64,000 bases of DNA from Sedimentisphaerales bacterium (GTDB taxonomy: Bacteria; Planctomycetota; Phycisphaerae; Sedimentisphaerales; Anaerobacaceae): NCBI GenBank assembly GCA_040772485.1, contig JAXGYC010000008.1, positions 512,001 to 576,000 of the forward strand, given 5' to 3'. This document shows, piece by piece, positions 49,756-59,475 of the stretch (the stretch's first letter is position 1; every line of letters begins with the position of its first letter). The notes under the pieces were generated by a model. That model had not been told where the DNA came from and ran no database searches. It saw only the letters and a program-made list of their open reading frames with translations. The translations under genes were made by a program, and so were the position numbers.

Positions 49756-50823
49756 CTATGCCTGATCGGACACGAGGTGTTGTCGGAACCAGTCGCGGGT
49801 TCGGCGCCACATCTCGGGTGAGAGGACGTGGCCGGAACCGGGCTCGATGTAGTGGGTGAAGTGCTCCGGCGCTCCGGCCCGTTCGTACGCCCGGGCGATG
49901 GTGTCGATCCCCTGGCGGACCTCGTCGATGGGGCTGCCTGTGTCGCGTTCGCCGAAGTTCAGATGGAGCGGTCGGGGCGCGATGAGGCCGGCGATGTCCG
50001 GCGTGTCGCCATATTGAAACCAGCCGGGGATGAAGTTCGGGAAACAGTGCAGGATGTGCGTGCGATGAATCGCCCCATACGTGGGCAGGCAGCAGTTGGC
50101 GACCAGGCACGTCAGCCTCGGCTCCCACGGTCCGACGAGCCAGGTGTGGGTGGCGCCCATGGAGTGGCCGTAGCAGCCGATACGGTCGGCCTTCACCTCG
50201 GGCCTCGAACAGAGGTAATCCACCGCGCGCCGCATGTCGAGGATGTTCTTCCAGGCCATGCACCTGCCCGCCACCACATAGCGGAGAAACTCGAATCGCT
50301 CGAAGTCGCCGCCTCGCAGCCGATCGTTCTGCCTCTCCTCGAAGCATAGCGCGTCGGGGCAGAGGACGACGTATCCCTCCTTGACCAGCGCGACGCCCGT
50401 GTGGTGCATCGGGTCGCCCGCCAGTCCGGCCGGCTCGTTCTTGCCCAGATGATACTGGCCGTTGTGCTGGTGCCAGACGGCCACCGCCGCAGCGGGGTGG
50501 TTGGCATCGACGCCGTCGGGCACCAGGAGCATTGCCGGCACGCGGTCGCCCGGCTCAACTTCGTACGTCACCGACTCGATGCGGTAGCCTTTCTTGCGGA
50601 TGGTCTCGCGAACGACCGGCCGCAGGTCGCAGGGGTCGGGCCACGGTCCGCCCAGGCAGGCCAGCAACTTCGTTTTCAAATCGTCGGATACCATCGCTTT
50701 CTCCTCACCGCAGACCGGGCTGCCGAACATCTCTGAAGCCGCCACTATGGCCACCCCTGTCGCTGACTGTTTCAGAAACTGTCGCCTTGGGATTCCGTCC
50801 GGCGGTTTGTGCGCCGTGCTCAT
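49756..50823 (-). CDS. Tat-exported dienelactone hydrolase-like alpha/beta hydrolase
   Basis: PRRQFLK; GHSMG nucleophile; DMRRAVDYL; LIAPRPL; C-terminal GH. Confidence 0.85.
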   Translation of the reverse strand: MSTAHKPPDGIPRRQFLKQSATGVAIVAASEMFGSPVCGEEKAMVSDDLKTKLLACLGGPWPDPCDLRPVVRETIRKKGYRIESVTYEVEPGDRVPAMLLVPDGVDANHPAAAVAVWHQHNGQYHLGKNEPAGLAGDPMHHTGVALVKEGYVVLCPDALCFEERQNDRLRGGDFERFEFLRYVVAGRCMAWKNILDMRRAVDYLCSRPEVKADRIGCYGHSMGATHTWLVGPWEPRLTCLVANCCLPTYGAIHRTHILHCFPNFIPGWFQYGDTPDIAGLIAPRPLHLNFGERDTGSPIDEVRQGIDTIARAYERAGAPEHFTHYIEPGSGHVLSPEMWRRTRDWFRQHLVSDQA

Positions 50824-51605
50824 GCCTTGCGCTCCAGGTAACATCTCCAGATGGCGTCGAGCGCGGGGCTGGCCCGCATGGCCAGCCGGATGTCAACCAG
50901 ATGGGTTACGCGGCTGACGTCCGGGTTGATCTCGACGGTCGTCGCGCGCAACTGGGCGGCGAAACGAACCGGCTCGGCAATGTACGGAAAGACACTGCTC
51001 GTACCCACGGAGAAGACGATATCGAACCCCTTGTTCAGTTCGTTGAAGAGCTGCTGGACCTTGTCCTCGTCCAGCATCTCGCCGAACAGCACCACGTCGG
51101 GCCGCAGGATGGCGTTGCAGTCAGGGCATCGCGGCGGAAACGACAGTTCGCTGTAGTCGTCCACGGTGCGCCGATACGCGCAGCGCGTGCAGAGCAGGTG
51201 GTGCAGGTCTCCGTGGATGTCGATGATGTTGCGTGCTCCGGCGGCCTTGTGCAGCCCATCGACGTTCTGTGTCAGCACCCAAAGCCGCTCGAAATGGTCC
51301 TGCATCTCGGCGATCACCTGATGGCCCCGGTTAGGTCGGGCGCCGCGACAGTTCTTCTCGATCTGGCTGAGGTATTTCCAGGTCAGCTCCGGCCGCTCGT
51401 CCATGATCTCGCCGGAGAGGGCCCGCTCGATGGGCATGTCGTCCTCGGTCGTATTGACGTTGTAAAGCCCTCCGATGCCGCGATAGGTCGGCAGACCCGA
51501 GTCGGCGGAGATCCCCGCCCCCGTGATGAACAGCACGCTGCGGCTCCGCGCCAGCCTGGCCGCGATGCGTTCGATGGCCTCGTCGTTGTTGAGTATGGAT
51601 TCCAT
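50820..51605 (-). CDS. cobB: NAD-dependent protein deacylase (sirtuin)
   Basis: TGAGISADSG, TQNVDGLH, IHG, CxxC...CxxC, RPDVVLFGE, GTS, EINP. Confidence 0.9.
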   Translation of the reverse strand: MESILNNDEAIERIAARLARSRSVLFITGAGISADSGLPTYRGIGGLYNVNTTEDDMPIERALSGEIMDERPELTWKYLSQIEKNCRGARPNRGHQVIAEMQDHFERLWVLTQNVDGLHKAAGARNIIDIHGDLHHLLCTRCAYRRTVDDYSELSFPPRCPDCNAILRPDVVLFGEMLDEDKVQQLFNELNKGFDIVFSVGTSSVFPYIAEPVRFAAQLRATTVEINPDVSRVTHLVDIRLAMRASPALDAIWRCYLERKA

Positions 51606-51753
51606 GAGCTGCCAGAAACCGGGCATACGCGGCCCCGGCCGGGAGCGGCGGTATGCCACCAGCCATAGACTACCCCACCGGACGGCAATTGCAAGGCCGT
51701 TCCTGCACAGCGCGTTGGACCCGCTGGCGGGTGTGCAGAAACGTCCTGGCGTA

Positions 51754-51851
51754 CGTGTGGCAGCGGCGAGCGAAGGCTTGCCGATGGTGATACGCATGCC
51801 GTCAAAGCCATCGGCAGACTCCGCCCTGCTCCGTTTGCCGCTGCCACACAC
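51754..51851. repeat. REP inverted doublet (GTGGCAG family, variant stem)
   Basis: GTGTGGCAGCGGCGAGCGAAGGCTTGCCGATGG ... CCATCGGCAGAC...GTTTGCCGCTGCCACACAC. Confidence 0.75.
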
Positions 51852-52035
51852 GGCTTTCTATGCTTGACACAGGCCTTGCCCTGAACTCGGTACAGATCCA
51901 GCGCCGCCAAACGGCGCGGAACGACGATTGACAAGAGCGGGCCCGACCTGCATACTCAAGGTTTCGCGCGGCGGGCCGGGCCACGAGAAGTGGGCCTCGG
52001 AGAAGGAGGAGGGCGTTCTCGGAACAGGATGGACA

Positions 52036-53226
52036 ATGAAGACCTATGAGCAGATCAACAAGCGGATCGGGTCGGGCAAAGCCGTGGTGCTGACGGCCGA
52101 CGAGATCATGGACTACGTGGACAAGAAGGGCCTCGAAGCGGCCGCAGAGGAAGTGGACGTGGTGACCACCGCGACGTTCGGCCCGATGTGCTCGTCGGGC
52201 TGCTTCCTGAACTTCGGACACTCCAAGCCGAAGATCCGGATGACCGAGGCCTGGATCGAAGACGTGCTGGTCTACACGGGCATTGCGGCGGTCGACGTCT
52301 ACCTCGGCGCCACGCAGTTGCGCCATGGCGATCCGGCGAACATGTACCCGCCGGGCGAGTTCCGCTATGGCGGCGGCCACGTGATCGAGGACCTTGTCGC
52401 CGGCAAGACCCTGCAACTGTTCGCCCTGTCCTACGGGACCGACGACTACCCGCGGCGCGAGATTCGCACCTACTTCACCATCGACGACCTGAACCAGGCC
52501 ATCATGGTCAACCCGCGCAACTGCTATCAGAACTACAACGTCGCGATCAACGATTCGGACCGGACGATCTATACGTACATGGGGACGCTGGAGCCGAATC
52601 GTAAGAACGCCACGTATTGTTCCGCCGGACAGTTGTCGCCGCTGCTGAACGATCCGTACTACGAGACGATCGGCATCGGGACCAAGGTCTGGCTGGCGGG
52701 CGCGCAGGGGCACGTCTACGCCGAAGGCACGCAGCACGCCGGTGCCTGCGAAAGAACGCCAGACGGTGTGCCCACCGAGGGAGCCGGAACGTTGGCGCTG
52801 ACGGGCGACATGAAACAGATGAAGCCCGAGTTTGTGCGGGGCGCGAGCCTGCGCGGCTACGGAATCTCGCTCGCCCTGGGTGTGGGCGTGCCCATACCCA
52901 TCCTCAACAAGCAGATTCTCAAGCGGACCTGTGTGCGCGATCGCGACATCTTCGCCCCGGTGATCGACTACAGCGGCGATTACCCGCAGAAGACAGGAAA
53001 GATCGTCGCGAAGGTCAGCTACGAGCAACTGCGCAGCGGCGAAATCGAACTCGACGGCAAGGCCGTCGCCGTCGGCTCCCTCTCGTCCTACTTCAAGGCC
53101 CTGGAGATCGCGAACCTGCTGGCCGACGAAATCCGCAAGGGCGATTTCCTGCTGGCCCAACCGATGGCCATGCTGCCCAGGGACAATGCGATGAAGCCTC
53201 TGGCAATACGGGAGAAGGCATCATGA
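52036..53226 (+). CDS. L-aspartate semialdehyde sulfurtransferase (DUF39, homocysteine biosynthesis)
   Basis: VDVVTTATFGPMCSSG, YGGGHVIEDL, NPRNCYQNY, SPLLNDP, GVGVPIPIL. Confidence 0.88.
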   Translation: MKTYEQINKRIGSGKAVVLTADEIMDYVDKKGLEAAAEEVDVVTTATFGPMCSSGCFLNFGHSKPKIRMTEAWIEDVLVYTGIAAVDVYLGATQLRHGDPANMYPPGEFRYGGGHVIEDLVAGKTLQLFALSYGTDDYPRREIRTYFTIDDLNQAIMVNPRNCYQNYNVAINDSDRTIYTYMGTLEPNRKNATYCSAGQLSPLLNDPYYETIGIGTKVWLAGAQGHVYAEGTQHAGACERTPDGVPTEGAGTLALTGDMKQMKPEFVRGASLRGYGISLALGVGVPIPILNKQILKRTCVRDRDIFAPVIDYSGDYPQKTGKIVAKVSYEQLRSGEIELDGKAVAVGSLSSYFKALEIANLLADEIRKGDFLLAQPMAMLPRDNAMKPLAIREKAS

Positions 53227-53642
53227 GCGAAACCGTGACCCAGAAACTGATGCTGTTCTTCCCCAAGTGTGAATGTGAGAAGCCGATCATTTACCATCTG
53301 GTGAAGGACTACAATCTCATCGTCAACGTGTATCGCGCCAAGGTGACGCCGGAAGAAGAGGGATACTTGGTGCTCGACGTGACCGGCACGCCGTCGGACA
53401 TCGAGAAGGGCATCGCGTTCGTCCGCACCTTCAACGTGACGGTCAACCATACCGGCAAGGGCGTCACGCGCGATGAAGATCGCTGCACGCATTGCGGCCA
53501 GTGCGTGGCCCACTGCCCGACGAAGGCGCTGCACATGCCGAACAAGGCGACGAGAGAGGTCCTCTATAACGAGGCCGAGTGTATCGAGTGCCTCGCCTGC
53601 ATCCGCGTCTGCCCGTTCGGCGCCTGCGCGTCGGCGTTCTGA
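53223..53642 (+). CDS. NIL-domain 2[4Fe-4S] ferredoxin
   Basis: KPIIYHLVKDYNL NIL domain; CTHCGQCVAHCP and CIECLACIRVCP; ATGA overlap with DUF39. Confidence 0.9.
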   Translation: MSETVTQKLMLFFPKCECEKPIIYHLVKDYNLIVNVYRAKVTPEEEGYLVLDVTGTPSDIEKGIAFVRTFNVTVNHTGKGVTRDEDRCTHCGQCVAHCPTKALHMPNKATREVLYNEAECIECLACIRVCPFGACASAF

Positions 53643-53697
53643 CCCCAGAATAGGTCCAATAGGTCCTATCGGTCGAACACGACCTGTGGGTGCCGTC

Positions 53698-54390
53698 ATG
53701 ACCAAGCGAACCTATCGAACGTTCACTCACCACGAGGCGGTGCTGCGCATCTGCTGCGGCGCGTTCGACGCCGTTACCGAAGAGGTCGTGCGCCAGCGCC
53801 GGATTCTGGAGGACTACATCCGTCGGCATCCGGCGTTCGGCACATCGTTCGAGCCGGTCGAGCTGCTGCCCGATGCGCCCGAGGTCGCGCAGCGCATGGC
53901 GCGCGCGGCCCGGTCGGTGGGTGTCGGTCCGATGGCGGCCGTCGCGGGCGCGATGGCCGAGCTGGCCGCCCAGGCCGGTCTGAGAGCCGGCGCCGCCGAG
54001 GCGATCGTGGACAATGGCGGCGACGTCTTCGTGCGAGCGACCTCGCCTGTCGTCATCGGCCTGCACACGGGAACCGCCAAGCTGGCGGACCGATTAGCGT
54101 TCTCTCTGCGCCCGGAGGATACGCCGATCTCCATCTGCTCCTCGTCGGGCAGGATGGGTCACTCCACGAGCTTGGGCCAGTGCGACCTGGCCACCGTCGT
54201 CGCCCGCGACGGCGCCCTGGCCGACGCGGCCGCGACGCAGGCGGCCAACCTCGTGCGGACGGCCGGCGATGTAGACGCCGCACTCGAACGCATCATGGCC
54301 ATCGACGGCATCGACGGCCTGGTTGTCGTCAAGGACGACCGCATCGGCCTGGCCGGACACCTGCCCTCGGTGGTCAAAGCTCCACGGTAG
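53698..54390 (+). CDS. UPF0280/ApbE-like (COG2122) protein
   Basis: VGPMAAVAGA, VDNGGD, ICSSSG.MGHS.SLG..D, LADAAAT. Confidence 0.88.
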   Translation: MTKRTYRTFTHHEAVLRICCGAFDAVTEEVVRQRRILEDYIRRHPAFGTSFEPVELLPDAPEVAQRMARAARSVGVGPMAAVAGAMAELAAQAGLRAGAAEAIVDNGGDVFVRATSPVVIGLHTGTAKLADRLAFSLRPEDTPISICSSSGRMGHSTSLGQCDLATVVARDGALADAAATQAANLVRTAGDVDAALERIMAIDGIDGLVVVKDDRIGLAGHLPSVVKAPR

Positions 54391-54403
54391 TCTGCCCCCG
54401 CGC

Positions 54404-54456
54404 GTGGCAGCCTCAAACGTGCCAGCGTTTGGGGATGGGGGACTTGGCTGCCACAC
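54404..54456 (+). repeat. REP (GTGGCAG family) with a truncated inverted partner
   Basis: GTGGCAGCCTCAAACGTGCCAGCGTTTGGGGATGG...GGCTGCCACA. Confidence 0.72.
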
Positions 54457-54595
54457 CATCCATGCAATGGATGGGTGACATGCGGCGCTGCGCCTGGTAT
54501 GCTATGGCAGCACAGATCGGGCCGGCGCTGGGCCGCCAGACGACTGCCGGCGGAATCGTTTTGCGGATGGGTATCTTCAGTTGAGGGAAGACACG

Positions 54596-56713
54596 ATGGA
54601 TGCGAACGCACACGGAATCAGAACCACATCCTTTCCATTGCTGATCGGGTTGCTGGCACTCCTTGGGTCCGCCGGAGCCGGGCGGGCGGCGATCACCACC
54701 GGCTCGCTCTTCGAGGAAATGATCGACATGGCCGGCCTGTCGAGCTTCCCGGACCCGGCGTATCGCACCGTGCAGTTCTCCTCCACCGATCGTCGCAGCC
54801 GCCTGCCGGGCGGGCCGGACTGGTTCGCCAACTCCGACGGCTTCGGTGGCGAGCCGATTCCGAATTTCGAGAAGGTGCTCCGGGAGCCCAACGCCGACGG
54901 GATCGGTGAGTACCTGATTGCCGACGTCGCCGGGCCCGGCGCGATCGTGCGCCTGTGGACCGCCGCCATCGCCGGCCAGGTGCGGATGTATATCGACGGC
55001 ACCGCGGAGCCGATCTACGACGGCAGCGCGGATGAGTTCTTCCACCGTCCGTACGACCGCTTCGAGCAGTTCAAGGAGCTTGACGCCGAGACCTTCGGCC
55101 GGACCGTGTATCAGCGCGATGCCTCGTACGCAGCGATTCCGTTCGCCAGGCGCCTTCGCGTCGTGTGGACGGGCAATGTCAAGGAAATCCATTTCTACGA
55201 GCTTCAGGTGCGGCTGTACGATCCCGGCGCGTCGGTCGTGTCGTTCCGGCCGGAGGACATTCACACGTATCGCTCGACGATCGACCGCGTGACAAAGGCG
55301 CTCGACGACCCGGACGAGGGCGTGAAACCTCGCTCGCAGGCCGGCGCCAAGTCGTTTGACGTTGCCGTGGCGGCATCGGAGAAGAAGACCGTCACCGAGT
55401 TCGAAGGCTCGCAGGCAGTCGAGCAACTGACGATCAAGCTGAAGGCGGTCGATATGGACAAGGCCCTCCGGCAGACGGTCCTTCAAGTGACGTGCGACGG
55501 CCATCCCTGGCCACAAGTGCAATCCCCCGTAGGCGACTTCTTCGGCGCCGCGCCGGGCATCAATCCCTATCAGTCGCTGCCTTTCACCGTACGGCCGGAC
55601 GGGACGATGATCTGCCGATTCGCGATGCCCTTCGAGCGCTCGTGCAAGGTCGAGCTGGTCAACCACGGCGGTCAGAACGTCGAGGCCACCGGCGCGGTCA
55701 CCGTTGCGCCGCGAACCTGGGATGAGCGATCCATGCACTTTCGCGCGCGATGGCGCGTGGATCACGACCTGATCGCATCCAACCGCGACGTGCAGGACCT
55801 GCCTTTCCTGCTGGCGCACGGGCACGGCGTCTACGTGGGAACCAGCGCCTACCTGCTGAATCCCGCCGAGGTGCCCACGCCCTATGGCAACTGGTGGGGC
55901 GAGGGCGATGAAAAGGTGTTCGTGGACGGTGAGCCGCGGCCGTCGATCTTCGGAACGGGGTCCGAGGACTACTTCAACTACTCGTGGTCGTCGCCCGACA
56001 TCTTCCTGTATCCCTATTGTGGCCAGCCCCGCAACGACGGCCCGGGCAACCGGGGCTTCGTCACGAACTATCGCTGGCACATTCTCGATGCGATCCCGTT
56101 CCGTCAAAACATCCGGTTCTACATGGAGCTGTCCAGCCACGAACGGACGCCGGGCATGTCATACGCCCGCATCGGATATCACTATGCGCGTCCGGGCGTG
56201 ACCGACGACCATCTGGCGATCATGCCGGCGGACCTGCGGGCGCCCGAACTGCCTGTGGGCTGGCAGCCGGCGGCGCGGATGGGTGCGGCCAACTCGGTCT
56301 TCTTCACGAGCGAAGATTGCCTGACCGACAAACAGAACACACGCCTGGACAGCGGAGCGCTCTGGGCGGGCGGCAAGCTGCTGGTCTGGACCCCGAAGAG
56401 CAGCGGCGAGCGCAAGAGCTTCAAGATCGCCATTGACGACGCAGGCAAGAGACAGATCAACGTTGCGTTCGCCCTGACGCCGCGATCGGGAAAGGTCGCG
56501 TTCCATCTCGACGGTCAGCCGCTCAAACTGGCGGACCGGGCCGAGGAGATCGATCTGCATCGGCCCTATCGCACACTGCTGCGTCGCGTCGCACTGATGC
56601 CCGGCGAACTGACCGCGGGCGAGCACACCCTGACGCTCGAATGGAGGGGCGCCGGGGAAGATGTCATGCAGCCGGAGGTCGGAATCGACTTCTTCTGGGT
56701 CCAGCGGCAGTAG
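54596..56713 (+). CDS. Secreted DUF2961 (GH172-like) glycoside hydrolase
   Basis: Signal peptide; GPGAIVRLW, PVGDFFG, WWGEGDEK, GTGSEDYF, YRWHILD. Confidence 0.85.
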   Translation: MDANAHGIRTTSFPLLIGLLALLGSAGAGRAAITTGSLFEEMIDMAGLSSFPDPAYRTVQFSSTDRRSRLPGGPDWFANSDGFGGEPIPNFEKVLREPNADGIGEYLIADVAGPGAIVRLWTAAIAGQVRMYIDGTAEPIYDGSADEFFHRPYDRFEQFKELDAETFGRTVYQRDASYAAIPFARRLRVVWTGNVKEIHFYELQVRLYDPGASVVSFRPEDIHTYRSTIDRVTKALDDPDEGVKPRSQAGAKSFDVAVAASEKKTVTEFEGSQAVEQLTIKLKAVDMDKALRQTVLQVTCDGHPWPQVQSPVGDFFGAAPGINPYQSLPFTVRPDGTMICRFAMPFERSCKVELVNHGGQNVEATGAVTVAPRTWDERSMHFRARWRVDHDLIASNRDVQDLPFLLAHGHGVYVGTSAYLLNPAEVPTPYGNWWGEGDEKVFVDGEPRPSIFGTGSEDYFNYSWSSPDIFLYPYCGQPRNDGPGNRGFVTNYRWHILDAIPFRQNIRFYMELSSHERTPGMSYARIGYHYARPGVTDDHLAIMPADLRAPELPVGWQPAARMGAANSVFFTSEDCLTDKQNTRLDSGALWAGGKLLVWTPKSSGERKSFKIAIDDAGKRQINVAFALTPRSGKVAFHLDGQPLKLADRAEEIDLHRPYRTLLRRVALMPGELTAGEHTLTLEWRGAGEDVMQPEVGIDFFWVQRQ

Positions 56714-56742
56714 CCCTCTTGGAAGAAAGGCCCGTGAAGACG

Positions 56743-57900
56743 ATGACAACACGACGGACACTCTTGAAAGCCGCCGCAGCCGCTGTCGCGATGGTCACAT
56801 CGGGTGGCAGCGGCAAGCAGAGCTTGCCGACGGTTTCCAGAAACACCCCATCCCCAAGTCCTGCGGACTTGAGGCTGCCACCTGTCGCCCCGCAACGGCG
56901 CCCCGTGCCGATGATCCACGCCACGGACCTGTTCCGCCCGCACTGCGACCCGGACGACCACTGGGACCTGGCCAGTGTCTTCGCGCTGGCCTACATGGGG
57001 CAGATCGACCTCAAAGGCGTTTTGATCGACTTCGAGCCGCAGCCTGCGAAAGACCACAATCCGGACGTGATGGCCGTTGCGCAGATGAACCACATCACGG
57101 GCCTGCACGTGCCCGTCTCCGTGGGCACGCCGCGGCCGATGCGCTCTCGCGATGACAGCCAACCCGATGCGAGCGCGAGCGACCATGTCGGCATCAATAT
57201 GGTCCTGGACATTCTGCGCCGCTCGCCCGAGCCGGTCGTCATCAACGTGATCGGCTCCTGTCGTGACATCGCCGTCGCGGGCAAGAAGGCGCCGCAACTC
57301 TTTGCGGAGAAATGCGCGGGCATCTATCTGAACGCCGGCACCGGCTCGCCGGACCGAGAGAAGGCCGCGAAGCTCGAATACAACGTCAGTCTGGCGCCGC
57401 TCAGCTACGCGGCGATCTTCGACCTGCCCTGTCCGATCTATTGGATGCCGTGTTTCGAGCAGATGCAATCAGGCCGGCCGATCATGGAGTACGGCACGCA
57501 CTACTCGTTTCGCCAGAGCGACATCCTGCCTCACCTGTCGAGCCGCGTGCAGAACTTCTTCCTGTGGATGCTCGCGAGAAAGACCGACCACAACTGGCTT
57601 CGCTCGCTTCTCGGACCCGTCGATCCGCAACTGCTCGATACCTTCGGCGCGCAGGATCGGCACATGTGGTGCACCGGCGGCTTTCTGCACGCGGCCGGAC
57701 AAAGCATCTTGGCCGACGCGACGAATCAGCCGGTGTTCTCGTTCGATCCGATCCGAGTGACGTGCTCCGACGAGGGTGTCACGGAGTGGACGCACGATTC
57801 GAAGGCTAAGGACCGCTGCATCTTTCACGTGCGCAACCTGGACCGCTATCAGGCTGCGATGACCGGGACCTTGAAGTCGCTCCTTCTGAAACTCCCATGA
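56743..57900 (+). CDS. Tat-exported nucleoside-hydrolase-like protein
   Basis: TRRTLLK; TDL...DPDDHWDL Asp cluster; EYNV. Confidence 0.7.
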   Translation: MTTRRTLLKAAAAAVAMVTSGGSGKQSLPTVSRNTPSPSPADLRLPPVAPQRRPVPMIHATDLFRPHCDPDDHWDLASVFALAYMGQIDLKGVLIDFEPQPAKDHNPDVMAVAQMNHITGLHVPVSVGTPRPMRSRDDSQPDASASDHVGINMVLDILRRSPEPVVINVIGSCRDIAVAGKKAPQLFAEKCAGIYLNAGTGSPDREKAAKLEYNVSLAPLSYAAIFDLPCPIYWMPCFEQMQSGRPIMEYGTHYSFRQSDILPHLSSRVQNFFLWMLARKTDHNWLRSLLGPVDPQLLDTFGAQDRHMWCTGGFLHAAGQSILADATNQPVFSFDPIRVTCSDEGVTEWTHDSKAKDRCIFHVRNLDRYQAAMTGTLKSLLLKLP

Positions 57901-57927
57901 CGCTCGACACGATTCGTGGAGGTTCTC

Positions 57928-59463
57928 ATGGTCCGCACGCTGGCGTTTTCGATCCTGAGTACGGTCGCTATCACGACGGCGCAGGCTGGCGGTGCGTTGT
58001 TCGCACTCGATGCGGACGCATTTCGTCACCACGTCGATTTCTTCAACGGCATGGAGCCGGAGAACATTGTCAATCACATCCCCAACAGCCAGGCGTGGGC
58101 CTGGATGGTCCGCAACGTTCCGTTCTTCGAGTGCCCTGACAAGGGGTTCGAGCAGATCTACTATTTCCGCTGGTGGACGTTTCGCAAACATCTCAAACAG
58201 ACGCCGGACGGGTATGTCTTCACCGAGTTTCTCGACAAGGTCGGCCACGCCGGCAAGCACAACACGATCAGTTGCGCTCTGGGCCACCACATTCGCGAAG
58301 GGCGATGGCTGCGCGACGGGCGGTACATCGACGAGTACGCCCGGTTCTGGTACAAGGGCCACGAAGGCGATTTGCAGCCGCACTTCCATCAGTACAGCAA
58401 CTGGGCCACGTGGGCGTTGTACGAGCGGTACCTCGTTGATCTGGACAAGGCCTTTGTCGTGAGCCTGCTCGACGCCTTCGTCCGCGACTGCCAGGCGTGG
58501 GAGCAGCAGAGGGGTCTGGAGAACGGACTGTTCTGGCAATACGATGTGCGGGATGGGATGGAGGAATCGATCAGCGGATCACGCAGGGACAAGAACGCCA
58601 GACCTCCACTGAACAGCTACATGTACGCGAACATGGTCGCCGTCTCGAAGGTTGCGGCGCTGGCGGGCGATGACGCAACAGCCCGCCGATATGCCGAGAA
58701 AGCCGCCAAACTCAGGTCGGTCATCCACGAACTGCTGTGGGACAGTCAGGCGGAGTTCTTCAAGGTCCGCCATCCCGACGGCGTGCTGGCCGATGTGCGC
58801 GAAGAGATCGGGTTCATTCCGTGGTATTTCGATTTGCCCGAGCCGGGCTGCGAACGAGCGTGGCGGCAACTCACCGACCCTCAGGGGTTCAAGGCGCCGA
58901 TGGGGATCACCACCGCCGAGCGCAGGCATCCTGCGTTTCGCAGTCACGGCGTCGGAACGTGCGAGTGGGACGGCGCCGTCTGGCCCTATGCGACGAGCCA
59001 GACGCTCGTGGCTTTGGCCAACCTGCTGCGCCGCTACGAGCAGTCCTATGTCGCGAAGGCGGACTACTTCGATGCGCTGCTGACCTGCGCGCGGTCGCAT
59101 CAGTACCGAGGCAGGCCCTACATCGGCGAGTATCTCGACGAGGTCAACGGCACGTGGCTCAAGCCCGATTCGGACCGCAGCCGGTACTACAATCACTCGA
59201 CCTTCTGCGACCTGGTTATCAGCGGGCTGGTTGGGCTGGTTCCGCGAGAGGACGACACCGTCGAGGTTCATCCGTTGATCCCGCCGGATGCATGGGACTG
59301 GTTCTGCCTCGACGGGGTGCTGTACCACGGGCGAACGCTCACTATCCTCTGGGATCGAGCGGGCTCGAAGTACGGCAAAGGCGAAGGACTCCACGTTCTC
59401 GTCGACGGCCGCCAGATCGCAGCATCGCCCGAGCTTTCCCCCGTCACCGGCCAGCTACCCTGA
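57928..59463 (+). CDS. Secreted (alpha/alpha)6 glycoside hydrolase, GH63/MGH1-like
   Basis: YYFRWW, DGMEESISG, CEWDGAVWPYATSQTL, YIGEY, YNHSTF. Confidence 0.8.
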   Translation: MVRTLAFSILSTVAITTAQAGGALFALDADAFRHHVDFFNGMEPENIVNHIPNSQAWAWMVRNVPFFECPDKGFEQIYYFRWWTFRKHLKQTPDGYVFTEFLDKVGHAGKHNTISCALGHHIREGRWLRDGRYIDEYARFWYKGHEGDLQPHFHQYSNWATWALYERYLVDLDKAFVVSLLDAFVRDCQAWEQQRGLENGLFWQYDVRDGMEESISGSRRDKNARPPLNSYMYANMVAVSKVAALAGDDATARRYAEKAAKLRSVIHELLWDSQAEFFKVRHPDGVLADVREEIGFIPWYFDLPEPGCERAWRQLTDPQGFKAPMGITTAERRHPAFRSHGVGTCEWDGAVWPYATSQTLVALANLLRRYEQSYVAKADYFDALLTCARSHQYRGRPYIGEYLDEVNGTWLKPDSDRSRYYNHSTFCDLVISGLVGLVPREDDTVEVHPLIPPDAWDWFCLDGVLYHGRTLTILWDRAGSKYGKGEGLHVLVDGRQIAASPELSPVTGQLP

Positions 59464-59475
59464 TTGCTACCTGCG

